A stretch of 32,000 nt of DNA, taken from positions 185,513 to 217,512 of the forward strand of contig CAVQYE010000019.1 in NCBI GenBank assembly GCA_963718065.1. Direction: 5' to 3'. Shown here piece by piece: positions 9,055-17,636 of the stretch (its first letter is position 1; every line of letters starts with the position of its first letter). Made by a program: the position numbers and the translations under genes. The stretch is from an uncultured Actinomycetes bacterium. GTDB taxonomy: Bacteria > Actinomycetota > Thermoleophilia > Gaiellales > Gaiellaceae. The notes under the pieces were generated by a model. The model made no database searches. It was not told the DNA's origin and saw only the letters and a list, made by a program, of their open reading frames with translations.

Positions 9055-10780
9055 TGTCGGCTGAGACCGAAAAGGGCTTCGGCACCGGTCTTCGCGCGCA
9101 GCTCGAAGCGGCGCGAGGCGGAACGAGCCGCAGGAGTCGAGGAGCGCCGCCGTCGAGGCGGAGGAGCCGCCGCCGCAACCGCCCCGCCGCTCGCCGCACG
9201 GTCTTCGACGACCTGGACATGCTCCGCGCCGAGCTGAAGGCGTCGCTTTCGCGTGAGGAGGAGCTGCGCAACGCTCTCTCCCGGCAGGTCGAGATCTACA
9301 AGCGGGAGCTCGAGGCTGCCGGCGACACGTCGCGCATGGCGTCCGAGGTCGCCCAGAAGGAGGCGCAGCTGGAGGCAGCCGAGGAGGCGATCGCCGCGCG
9401 CGAGCGCCAGCTGGCCGAGCAGCAGGAGGCCTCGAAGACGCGCTGCGCGAGCTGCAGGCCCGCGAGCGCGAGATCGAGACGTCGTAGCGGCGGCTCGACA
9501 CGGCGCAGCAGCAGCTCGGCGAGGCCCGCCGCGAGCTCGAGGACCGCCAGCGCGAGCTCGGCGACCTCCAGGCCCGGGCGACCGCGGTCGAGGCGCGTGC
9601 CGCCGAGCGCGAGGCGCAGGTCGAGGCCAAGCTCGAGACGCTCACCTCCGCCGACGGCGAGCGCGAGCTCGCGGCCGCCGAGGTCGCCTCACAGCTGCAG
9701 GCGATCGGCGATCAGGAGCGCCAGGTCGCCGCCCGCGAGGAGGAGCTCGCCCGTCTCCGGAGCGAGCTCGACGCCGAGTCCGAGCGCAAGCGCCGCGAGC
9801 TGGAGGACATGCTCGCCGAGCGCCAGCGCGAGATGGCCGCGCGCGACGCGGCAGCCACCGAGCGCGAGGTCGCTGCTGAACGAGCGCGACACGCCTCGCG
9901 CGGGAGCGCGAGTCGTCATTCACCACGCGCGAGCGTGAGCTCGAGGAGCGGTTCCGGGCCGTCGCAGCGATCCAGACAGACTTTGCGAAGCAGCACAGGC
10001 CGAGGTCGAGGCGCGAGCGCAGGAGCTGACCAAGCTCGAGACCGAAGCTCGACGCACGCAAGCTGGCACTGACCCAGGGCGAGGCCGGCATGGCCGCCTG
10101 GGAAGGCCGCCTGCGCGCCAACCAGGACCGGCTCGAGCGCGAGCGCGCGGGCCACGGCCAGACCTCGCAGGAGGCGTTCGCGCTTCTCTCCGAGCTCGAG
10201 CAGCGCGAGGCTGAGCTCAACCGGCGCGAGCAGGAGCTGCTCGTCGCGCCCGAGGCCGGCGGCGCGCGTGGCGCCGAGCTCGACTCCCGCGAGGCCCTGC
10301 TGGCCGCGCGCGAGGCAGAGCTCAACCGCCGCGAGGCGTCGATCGTCCGCGACGACGAGCGCACGGCGTCGGTGCGTCGCCCGCGAGCGCGAGCTGAACG
10401 CCCGCGAGGCCGAGGTGACGAGCGCCGAGAAGCTGTTCGACTCCCAGAAGACGAGGCTCGAGCGGCTGGAGAAGCGCCTGCAGCGCACCGAGGACGCGAT
10501 CGCCGAGCAGATCAAGGAGCTGGAGCGCCGCGAGGAGGAGATGACGCGGCACGAGGCTCGCCAGGAGGCCGATCAGGAGCTCCGCGACGAGAAGCTCGAG
10601 AAGCGCGAGCGCCATGTCGCCGAGCGCGAGCAGCGCCTCGGCCGCCGCCAGGAAGACCTCGCGGCCTACGTCGGCGAGCTGCAGGACAAGCTGGACGACC
10701 GCGAGACCGAATGGTGGCGCAAGCAGCTCGGAGCAGACCCGGTCGAGTCCGAGCCCGAGCCGACGAAGCTCGCCGGCTGA
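9054..10780 (+). pseudogene. Large (~570 aa) Glu/Arg/Ala/Leu-rich coiled-coil protein at the distal end of the Tad operon; about 8-10 frame changes plus one in-frame TAG (9485-9487)
   Basis: ATG at 9054 begins MSAETEKGFG.... Long heptad-like segments include FDDLDMLRAELKASLSREEELRNALSRQVEIYKRELEAAGD, EDALRELQAREREIETS*RRLDTAQQQLGEARRELEDRQRELGDLQARATAVEARAAEREAQVEAKLETL...AAREEELARLRSELDAESERKRRELEDMLAERQREMAARDAAATEREV, RERESSFTTRERELEERFRAVAAIQTDFAKQ and KLALTQGEAGMAAWEGRLRANQDRLERERAGHGQTSQEAFALLSELEQREAELNRREQELL. The last ~400 nt are uninterrupted (ARERELNAREAEVTSAEKLFDSQKTRLERLEKRLQRTEDAIAEQIKELERREEEM...KQLGADPVESEPEPTKLAG*). The junctions I could place lie near 9117, 9183, 9432, 9871, 9893, 9995, 10044 and 10375. 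Confidence 0.6.
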
Positions 10781-10821
10781 GCGAAATCCACCGAAACGCT
10801 GCCGCTACACTGTCCGTCCGC

Positions 10822-10904
10822 GCGGATGTGGCGGAATTGGTAGACGCGCACGGTTCAGGTCCGTGTGGGGGCAACCCGTGGAGGTTCAAGTCCTCTCATC
10901 CGCA
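10822..10904 (+). tRNA. tRNA-Leu (anticodon CAG), type II with a long variable arm; CCA not encoded
   Basis: The cloverleaf was folded by hand. The acceptor GCGGATG pairs with CATCCGC. The D-arm is GCG-GAATTGGTAGA-CGC. The anticodon stem CACGG/CCGTG encloses the loop TTCAGGT, giving anticodon CAG. The variable arm is TGGGGGCAACCCGT and the T-arm is GGAGG-TTCAAGT-CCTCT. The discriminator is A at 10904. Confidence 0.9.
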
Positions 10905-10987
10905 TAGCCGTTTTTGAGCGGGAACCGGGAACACTCCGGGAACAAACGGATGAGTGGCGGCGCTCTGCCGCCCGGCCGCGATTTCTG

Positions 10988-11368
10988 TCAGGGCTTCCGG
11001 GCTCGGATGGCCGTGTTCGCCGCTCGCCGATCTCCACGAGATCGTAGGGGCTTGGATGGTCCACATGGTCGTACTCGGCTGTGTATTCGAGTGGCAGCCG
11101 GTAGATGGATTCCTGCGCCATCCGCACGTTGAATTGCAGCGACTGCACTACAGACACTGAGTCGTCGAGCCCGGCTTCGTCGAGGACGGCGCGGACTTCC
11201 TTCTCGAAGGCTCGACGACTCCGATTCGCGAGCTACGACGCCGGCAGTGCGAGTTTCAATCTCGTTGGTCAGCGCGGTGATCTCTTGCAGTTTGGCGTTG
11301 CGTTCGGCTTCGTACCCGTCGGCGAGGTCGGTCAGTTGGTCAACTGGACCGCGCGATATCGTCAGCAT
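10988..11368 (-). pseudogene. Orphan hypothetical gene with a frame change near 11205-11225; 3' end uncertain
   Basis: ORF 10988..11368(-) begins MLTISRGPVDQLTDLADGYEAERNAKLQEITALTNEIETRTAGVVA with unbiased composition and then turns Arg-rich. The sensible continuation AFEKEVRAVLDEAGLDDSVSVVQSLQFNVRMAQESIYRLPLEYTAEYDHVDHPSPYDLVEIGE lies in the frame of ORF 10855..11157(-), which then runs nonsensically into the tRNA. Confidence 0.35.
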
Positions 11369-11750
11369 GTCGTTGGGCTAGCAGTGCAGTCTGGCTGCTC
11401 ACCGGGAAGAAGATCCAAAGCCGTCCAATACGTCGGCGTGTATCAAGAAGGGTGTTGCGCACATCTCCGGCCTCGCGCCGCAGGCCTTCGTAGTCGAAGC
11501 CAAGCTCGGAGGGCCGGTACTTCGAGAACAACGCTTCGGCGGCGGTAATGCAGGCACTGAGTCCCTCTTCGGCGAAAGTGATGGCTTCTGTCATCTTGTC
11601 GCGACGCTTCTCTTTGCGTTCGTAGCTCGTGGTGACCACTGCGGCAGAAGCCGCACCCGCAAGGAGACCGAAGACACCAGTCGTAACCGCGACGGCGATC
11701 GCCGCCCAGGCTGGCAATTCCGTTGCGGCGACGATTCCGGTCACTCCCAT
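11340..11750 (-). CDS. Hypothetical membrane-anchored protein (136 aa)
   Basis: It has an N-terminal TM segment (LPAWAAIAVAVTTGVFGLLAGAASAAVV) followed by a soluble part of mixed composition (KMTEAITFAEEGLSACITAAEALFSKYRPSELGFDYEGLRREAGDVRNTLL). I recognise no family. It may be continuous with the next gene. Confidence 0.45.
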   Translation of the reverse strand: MGVTGIVAATELPAWAAIAVAVTTGVFGLLAGAASAAVVTTSYERKEKRRDKMTEAITFAEEGLSACITAAEALFSKYRPSELGFDYEGLRREAGDVRNTLLDTRRRIGRLWIFFPVSSQTALLAQRHADDIARSS

Positions 11751-11809
11751 GGAGAACGGTTACTTACTCCGCGTTTGTGCAGAAGGCAAGTATCGGTCTC
11801 GACCACGCT

Positions 11810-12109
11810 TCAGTATCTGGCTGCCCGGGCGTCGTAGCGATCGAACGCCGCGCGCAGATGGTCGTCTGTCCGCTTGAGCCAGCGCGCATACGTGTCTTCG
11901 AGCTGTGTCACGGACGCGCCCATGATCGTCGCCAAGTGCCATAGGTGGACACCATCCTCGATCGCAAAGCTATGCCGCATGTCCACGATGCGTCGATGGT
12001 CGATCCCCGCGGCCCGGAGCGCGGGCGTCCACACACGGTGCCGGACCTTCTCGGCGTCGATGTAGCCTCCGCGCGCGGCAGGGAACAGGATCGGCGTGTC
12101 GAGTGTCAT
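11810..12109 (-). pseudogene. C-terminal fragment of a tyrosine recombinase / phage-type integrase (N-terminal ~2/3 missing)
   Basis: The 99-aa product is TPILFPAARGGYIDAEKVRHRVWTPALRAAGIDHRRIVDMRHSFAIEDGVHLWHLATIMGASVTQLEDTYARW. It has the catalytic-domain box II pattern (H-x-x-R-H ... H/G-x-x-x-x-T-x-x-x-Y). The core-binding domain and the first catalytic Arg region are absent. Confidence 0.7.
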
Positions 12110-12220
12110 GGTGAGCCCTTCGCTGTCCCTGGTCTAGACCAGCACGTGTACGTTTCGCAAGGGTCTGGCGCCGGCCCCGATGGTCGCTAGCGACGACGAG
12201 GAGCCCTGCCATGGTGCCTG

Positions 12221-12708
12221 TTAGGGCTGTGTGGGCGTCACCGTCTCACCGAGCGCCGACCTTGGGGTGTCACTCCAGTCGAACGTTGCTGCGGCCGGCG
12301 GTGGAGCAGCGGAACCGGCTTGTGCGATTGCGCTCGCCTGCAGGCTGGTTGCCGAGGAGGCGTCCTTGAGGGCCGTCGGCGGCTTGGTCCCCGTCGACCT
12401 CAGTGAGACAAGACTGGTCAGAAGACCGAACCAGAACGGCGCGCCGAGCATCACCATGAGTCCGGTCAGGATCCAACCCCGAGCATGCCCCATTGGGCCG
12501 ATGTCCAGTTGAGCGGGGATCGGTTCTTGTTCCACGCATCCTTGGATGCGTTGTCCCAACCGACGGGGAGACTGAGCTCTTTCAGGCTGTCGGTCGTCGC
12601 GGCGACGCTTGTCAGATCCTTGGGCTCGCCGCTATCGGCGACGCCGGACGCGGCTGTCGCGACCGCTTGGCGCGTGAATGGCGATCGTTCCCGCCGCAGC
12701 CGCTCCAA
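12221..12708 (-). pseudogene. Orphan membrane protein with a frame change near 12480
   Basis: ORF 12466..12708(-) ends ...LSLPVGWDNASKDAWNKNRSPLNWTSAQWGMLGVGS*. The TM helix continues in ORF 12221..12559(-) as GWILTGLMVMLGAPFWFGLLTSLVSLRSTG.... The junction is in a G-run (ctcggggttgg). Confidence 0.4.
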
Positions 12709-12782
12709 GCCTGCTACGGCTCACTCTCCACGGCTGCGGCGGAGACAACCTCTACTCGGTCAAACACGACGGGCGAGGACGG

Positions 12783-13214
12783 CTACTTGCGCAGGACCTT
12801 GCAGAAATAGCCTTTCGAGTAGTAGTTCGATCTACCGCTCCCGTCGGTGAAGTGATTGAACGTCTCCACCCTCAGCGAGCCACTGTCGAGGACGCCTGTG
12901 ACGATCGCGACCTTGAAGGCGAACTTGTACTGGGCACTGAAAGCGACAGCTGCGCTTGAGCTGACGTCGGCGGCATAGGCGAGCCCCGGCACCTTCCCCC
13001 AGTCGCATGGCGTGGGGGTGCAGGCGCCGAACGCCTGCACGGTGATCGAGGAGCCTGAGGCAGCGATCACGATCTTCACCAGGTTCCGGGTGGCACCATC
13101 GCAAGCGTTCCAGGTGCCGACCAACGCGGCCTGTCCCACGACCGCGGCAGCCTTCGCTTCGGCTGCTTTCTGGGCCAGGTCTGACGGTGCTTTGAATTCA
13201 TGCTTCGCGGGCAT
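12783..13214 (-). CDS. Hypothetical 143-aa protein, apparently beta-rich, with 4 Cys; intact
   Basis: ATG at 13214 is preceded by AGGGAGTGAGAA. The product is MPAKHEFKAPSDLAQKAAEAKAAAVVGQAALVGTWNACDGATRNLVKIVIAASGSSITVQAFGACTPTPCDWGKVPGLAYA...GSLRVETFNHFTDGSGRSNYYSKGYFCKVLRK. Its composition is unbiased, unlike the spurious ORFs around it. Confidence 0.6.
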   Translation of the reverse strand: MPAKHEFKAPSDLAQKAAEAKAAAVVGQAALVGTWNACDGATRNLVKIVIAASGSSITVQAFGACTPTPCDWGKVPGLAYAADVSSSAAVAFSAQYKFAFKVAIVTGVLDSGSLRVETFNHFTDGSGRSNYYSKGYFCKVLRK

Positions 13215-13510
13215 TTCTCACTCCCTAATCGGCTGTTCCGCTCCGGAATCCGTTCTCGGTTTCCGGAACCTTCGAGCTCACGAAGATCAGAATCACCCTC
13301 CTCTCCCAGCGGCGTGGCCGGTAGCCGACGCACGTTGTGGTGGGCCGCGAAAGAGCTTGCGCTTGTGGCAGCACAAGCATGGCTTCGACGGCCGCGCACG
13401 CCCGTTCCGAGCAGAAGCGGGGCTGACCCAACGTGCGGCAGCGACCTCGCATCCGACATAGAAGTCTCTTGGACTTGGACTAGAGCTAGCCGCTTACTAA
13501 GCGCAATACC

Positions 13511-13539
13511 AAGCTATGTCCGCGGACACCAACAGTCAA
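13511..13539 (-). promoter_or_regulatory. Candidate sigma-70/SigA-type promoter (-35 TTGACT, 17-nt spacer, -10 TAGCTT), with the palindrome CGCTTA-C-TAAGCG (13491-13503) just downstream
   Basis: The minus strand reads caagaCTTGACTgttggtgtccgcggacaTAGCTTggtattgCGCTTAgTAAGCGgc. It points toward the 143-aa gene about 290 nt away. This is a motif match only. Confidence 0.25.
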
Positions 13540-13578
13540 GTCTTGCTTTGCCGAATGGCGACAGCGTGTTGTCGCTCC

Positions 13579-13594
13579 ATGAGAGGACTTGAAC
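13579..13594 (-). repeat. 16-nt inverted copy of the tRNA-Leu segment 10884-10899 (GTTCAAGTCCTCTCAT)
   Basis: The plus strand at 13579-13594 is atgagaggacttgaac, the exact reverse complement of tRNA positions 10884-10899. The flanking bases do not complete a tRNA: there is no matching 5' T-stem and the acceptor differs. Confidence 0.6.
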
Positions 13595-13874
13595 GCCTGT
13601 CCTGACAGCTGAGGTCACCGCGGGGCGTATCTCGAGCCTCGTCTTTGTGGTCGGTGCACAGGGAGAGTGAACTCGGGTACGTCGGGGTGCGCATAGCCGT
13701 TTTCTGGCGATGGAACGGACGAGACGTGTGTCCCTGCGCGCACCGTAGTTCGCCGACGCGGCCAAGGCGGACACCGAGGTCACGCTCGCGAACTAGCGCT
13801 AACGGACAACCGGCACCGGCCGGGGAGCCTGTCCCTCCCCGACCCGTGCGGGCCTCGCTCGGCGTGAGCGCCGC

Positions 13875-14993
13875 CTACGAGGCGGTCCAGTAGATGTCCT
13901 CGGTCCAGCAGTGCGGGCCGCCGTAGACCCCCGTGTAGTCGACGACGCGCACGGTCCCGCTCGCGCTCCCGGGGGCAGTGAGCTTTCCCGCGACGGACAG
14001 GGTGAGCACCATGTTGGACCCGACGGTGCTCTTGCTGTTGATCACGAACCTTCCTTCCGGATCGACGGGAATCGTGCCCTCGACCCAGACCTTGGCGTCG
14101 CGAATGAACGAGAGCGGGGTATCGCAGGTCAGGTCGACGAAGAAGTACAAGCCCCACAGAGCCGTGGCACCCGAGCCGACCTCGAAAGCGATGTACTTCC
14201 ATTGGGCGGTCGACCCCGAGTAGGGGCCGTCGCGCGCCGCGACATCGTCGTTCTTGATCGTGCCCGTCGCGGTCCCGTCGGCGATGGAGGCGTTGACCGG
14301 GCTGGACAGCGTGACCGTCAGGGTTTCGTCGGGCTCGACCGCTTTGTCACTGGCGACCGCGACCGTGACGGCGGTCGTCGTTTGCCCCGGCTTGAAGGTG
14401 ACTACGCCGCCCGCAGCCGTGTAGTCGCTCGCGGCGACGGCGGTTCCGTCGGAGATCGCGTAGTGCGCCGCGACGCTGAGCGGTGTCGCCGCCGAGAGGC
14501 TGACGGCGAAGCTCAGGGTCGAGCTTCCCTCGCTTCCCTCCACCACCGAGGCGTCGGCAACGGAGATCGACGGCTTCGGGAGCGCGCGAATCTGGAGGCT
14601 AGCGATCCTCGTGGCGGTCGAACCGGCGGACTGGATCGTCACCTTCACCCGGAGCACCTTTCCGTTCGCCGCCACGGGGACGACGAACGAGACGCGCGCG
14701 AGTCCTTGCTTGAACGACTCGGCGTGGGCGATGACCTTCCCTGCATAGGACGGCTCGCAGATCATCCTGCCGCGGGTCAGGGGCGCGCCGCTGTCGCTCC
14801 GCGTTACCCTGAAGATGACGGTCAAGCGCTTTCCGGGCGACGCCTGGGAAGGAACAGCGACAGGTCGCCCGATCACGGGCTTCGGCCCGGTCGACGCGCT
14901 GCCGGCGCTCGCGGCCGAAGCGCCCGCGGCGAGGACGCAGATGATCAAGCCCAGCAGACCGGCGTGCATCGGTGCTCGCCAGATCGAGAACAT
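13875..14993 (-). CDS. Secreted protein with a Calx-beta domain
   Basis: The likely start is ATG at 14993, with GGGAGGG just upstream. The signal-like N-terminus is MFSIWRAPMHAGLLGLIICVLAAGASAASA. The central region SVADASVVEGSEGSSTLSFAVSLSAATPLSVAAHYAISDGTAVAASDYTAAGGVVTFKPGQTTTAVTVAVASDKAVEPDETLTVTLSSPVNASIADGTATGTIKNDD is a textbook Calx-beta pattern. I do not recognise the flanking domains. Confidence 0.75.
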   Translation of the reverse strand: MFSIWRAPMHAGLLGLIICVLAAGASAASAGSASTGPKPVIGRPVAVPSQASPGKRLTVIFRVTRSDSGAPLTRGRMICEPSYAGKVIAHAESFKQGLARVSFVVPVAANGKVLRVKVTIQSAGSTATRIASLQIRALPKPSISVADASVVEGSEGSSTLSFAVSLSAATPLSVAAHYAISDGTAVAASDYTAAGGVVTFKPGQTTTAVTVAVASDKAVEPDETLTVTLSSPVNASIADGTATGTIKNDDVAARDGPYSGSTAQWKYIAFEVGSGATALWGLYFFVDLTCDTPLSFIRDAKVWVEGTIPVDPEGRFVINSKSTVGSNMVLTLSVAGKLTAPGSASGTVRVVDYTGVYGGPHCWTEDIYWTAS

Positions 14994-15165
14994 GACCCTC
15001 CCTTCGGGACGGGGCGCAAGCACGCCCGAAAAGGACGTCCTCTCGGGCGTTGATGGTCGAGTCCTCTCCCGTGCGGGCCTCGAGACGATTGGGTCCGGCC
15101 CTCATCACGCTGCGGACAACTACCGATCCGTCTTGCGCGAGACGGCGCAACAAGGGCGGTTCAGC

Positions 15166-15888
15166 TCAACGCGCGCTCAAGGCGGGATGCAGAACGGGGC
15201 GCCCTTCCTCGCGGAGGATCGGAGACGACGCCTTGAATCCCCAGATCAGCGGGTAGATGCCAAGCGAGAGCTCCCAGATGATCTCGGGGATCGTCGCGAT
15301 GCCCTGCACCGGTGCGCCTGCGTCGTAGAGATCGAACAGCACGCCGATGCCCGAGAGGATGAGGAGCGGACCTCCGATCAGTCCCAGCATGGCCAGGCCC
15401 CTGGGCATCAGGCCGGACTTGTACATCAGGTAGCCCAGGATCAACCCGTTCCCGATGCCGACGACGAAGCCGGGGCCGAGCAGGAACGTCCAGTCCTTGA
15501 TCGCGGCGAGCGATTCCGCCAGGCCACCGAGTGCGGCGGCGTCCGCGCCCGCGTCATGCCGCAACGTCACGATCGCAAGGACGGCGATGATGCCGACGAG
15601 GATGAAGACGCACTCCATGATGCGAGCCGTGACGTAGCCGAACGTGAGGATCTCGTTCTGCCGCTTGAGGATCGGGATCAGCACGACCGCGGTACCAATG
15701 TTCGCGAGGATGAGGATCAACTCGAGGAGCGCCCCGAAGTAGATCTGGTTGTCGGCGCCGGCGCCGGCGATGTAGCCCTGGGGATCATCGAGAACCGGCT
15801 GGTACAGACCAAGCGCCGGGATCGACGTGATGAAGGTGATGAGGTAAAGCGCGCCAAAGGCGACCGCAATCCTTCTCTGTGCAGTCAT
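15166..15888 (-). CDS. DUF4386-family integral membrane protein
   Basis: The likely start is ATG at 15888 (MTAQRRIAVAFGALYLITFITSIPALGLYQPVLDDP...). There are multiple TM helices. The pattern ...LLELILILANIGTAVVLIPILKR...FGYVTARIMECV...GYLMYKSGLMPRGLAMLGLIGGPLL matches DUF4386 as I remember it. Confidence 0.65.
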   Translation of the reverse strand: MTAQRRIAVAFGALYLITFITSIPALGLYQPVLDDPQGYIAGAGADNQIYFGALLELILILANIGTAVVLIPILKRQNEILTFGYVTARIMECVFILVGIIAVLAIVTLRHDAGADAAALGGLAESLAAIKDWTFLLGPGFVVGIGNGLILGYLMYKSGLMPRGLAMLGLIGGPLLILSGIGVLFDLYDAGAPVQGIATIPEIIWELSLGIYPLIWGFKASSPILREEGRPVLHPALSAR

Positions 15889-16044
15889 GTTGACCCCTTT
15901 CGTCGCGGTCACGGCGGCGCGAGCGTACGCCGCCGCGGAATGATCCCAAGTTCGCGTGACCGCCGCCTCTTCCGCTGATCCGATATCCGCGAATCCACCG
16001 ATGTAGGGTCGGGTGCGTCGCCGCAGGATTCGGGGGGAAGGTCA

Positions 16045-17167
<1,123 letters not shown>

Positions 17168-17181
<14 letters not shown>

Positions 17182-17636
17182 CGCGTTGCTCCGCGACGTG
17201 CCCGTGTTCCGCGGCCTGGCGGACGACCAGCTGACGCTGATTGCCGGCTGCGGCTCGAATGTCCACTTCGAAGAGGACACCGTCCTCTTCCGCGAAGGCG
17301 ACCAGGCGGACGCCTTCTATCTTGTCCGGCAAGGTGCGGTCGCGCTCGAGACCTTCGCGCCCGTGCCGGGGAGCGATGACGATCGAGACGCTCGAGGCCG
17401 GTGAGGTCGTCGGCTGGTCGTGGCTCTTCCCGCCCTACCGCTGGCACTTCGACGCGCGGGCGCTGACGCCGATACGCGCGACGATGTTCGACGGCGCGTG
17501 CCTGCGCGGAAAGTGCGAGACGGACACGGCGCTGGGCTACGAGCTGATGTCCCGCTTCGCACAGATCCTGATCGAACGGCTGCAGTGGACGCGCCTCCGG
17601 CTCCTCGACGTCTATGGCGATGGCCGTTCACGCTGA
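17168..17636 (+). pseudogene. Cyclic-nucleotide-binding (Crp/CAP effector-type) domain protein embedded in the hydrogenase operon; single frame change near 17366-17374
   Basis: The first half, [68 protein letters not shown], lies in ORF 17150..17404. The second half of the same beta-barrel, [71 protein letters not shown], lies in ORF 17241..17636. The gene overlaps both neighbours. Confidence 0.75.

Larger units (their letters stand above)
10905..13594. mobile_element. Decayed tRNA-Leu-associated genomic islet (integrase remnant, frameshifted orphan genes, lower GC)
   Basis: It starts right after the tRNA. Hand-counted GC is 31/60 for 11761-11820 and for 13441-13500, against 44/60 for 9301-9360. 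It contains a truncated tyrosine recombinase. Its far end carries a 16-nt inverted copy of the tRNA T-loop/acceptor segment (13579-13594). Confidence 0.45.

Noticed and set aside
9485-9487. The in-frame TAG in the coiled-coil gene as a recoding signal (pyrrolysine or readthrough)
   Set aside because: No supporting context was seen. It sits inside the indel-dense block and can equally be bypassed by two compensating 1-nt events at about 9479 and 9493.
3740-10380. Programmed ribosomal frameshifting or transcriptional slippage as the explanation for the frame changes
   Set aside because: There are far too many events (dozens), with irregular spacing and both signs. I saw no slippery heptamers or homopolymer tracts at the junctions I inspected; the contexts were ordinary GC-rich codons.
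9250-10700. Recurrent cgcgagcgcgagctc-type DNA repeats, considered as a possible CRISPR array or tandem repeat
   Set aside because: The repeats are irregular and have no unique spacers. They simply reflect reiterated Arg-Glu-Arg-Glu-Leu codons of a coiled-coil protein.
11119-11126. A direct 8-nt match (CATCCGCA) to the tRNA-Leu 3' end as a possible attR
   Set aside because: It is only 8 nt and the flanking bases diverge. A chance occurrence within a few kb of GC-rich DNA is plausible, and it lies inside a coding fragment.
13514-13783. An 89-aa minus-strand ORF and other small ORFs in the 13.2-13.9 kb gap
   Set aside because: They have Arg/Thr/Ser-rich, low-information translations with no RBS. 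The region is better explained as a non-coding leader and islet boundary containing the tRNA-fragment repeat.
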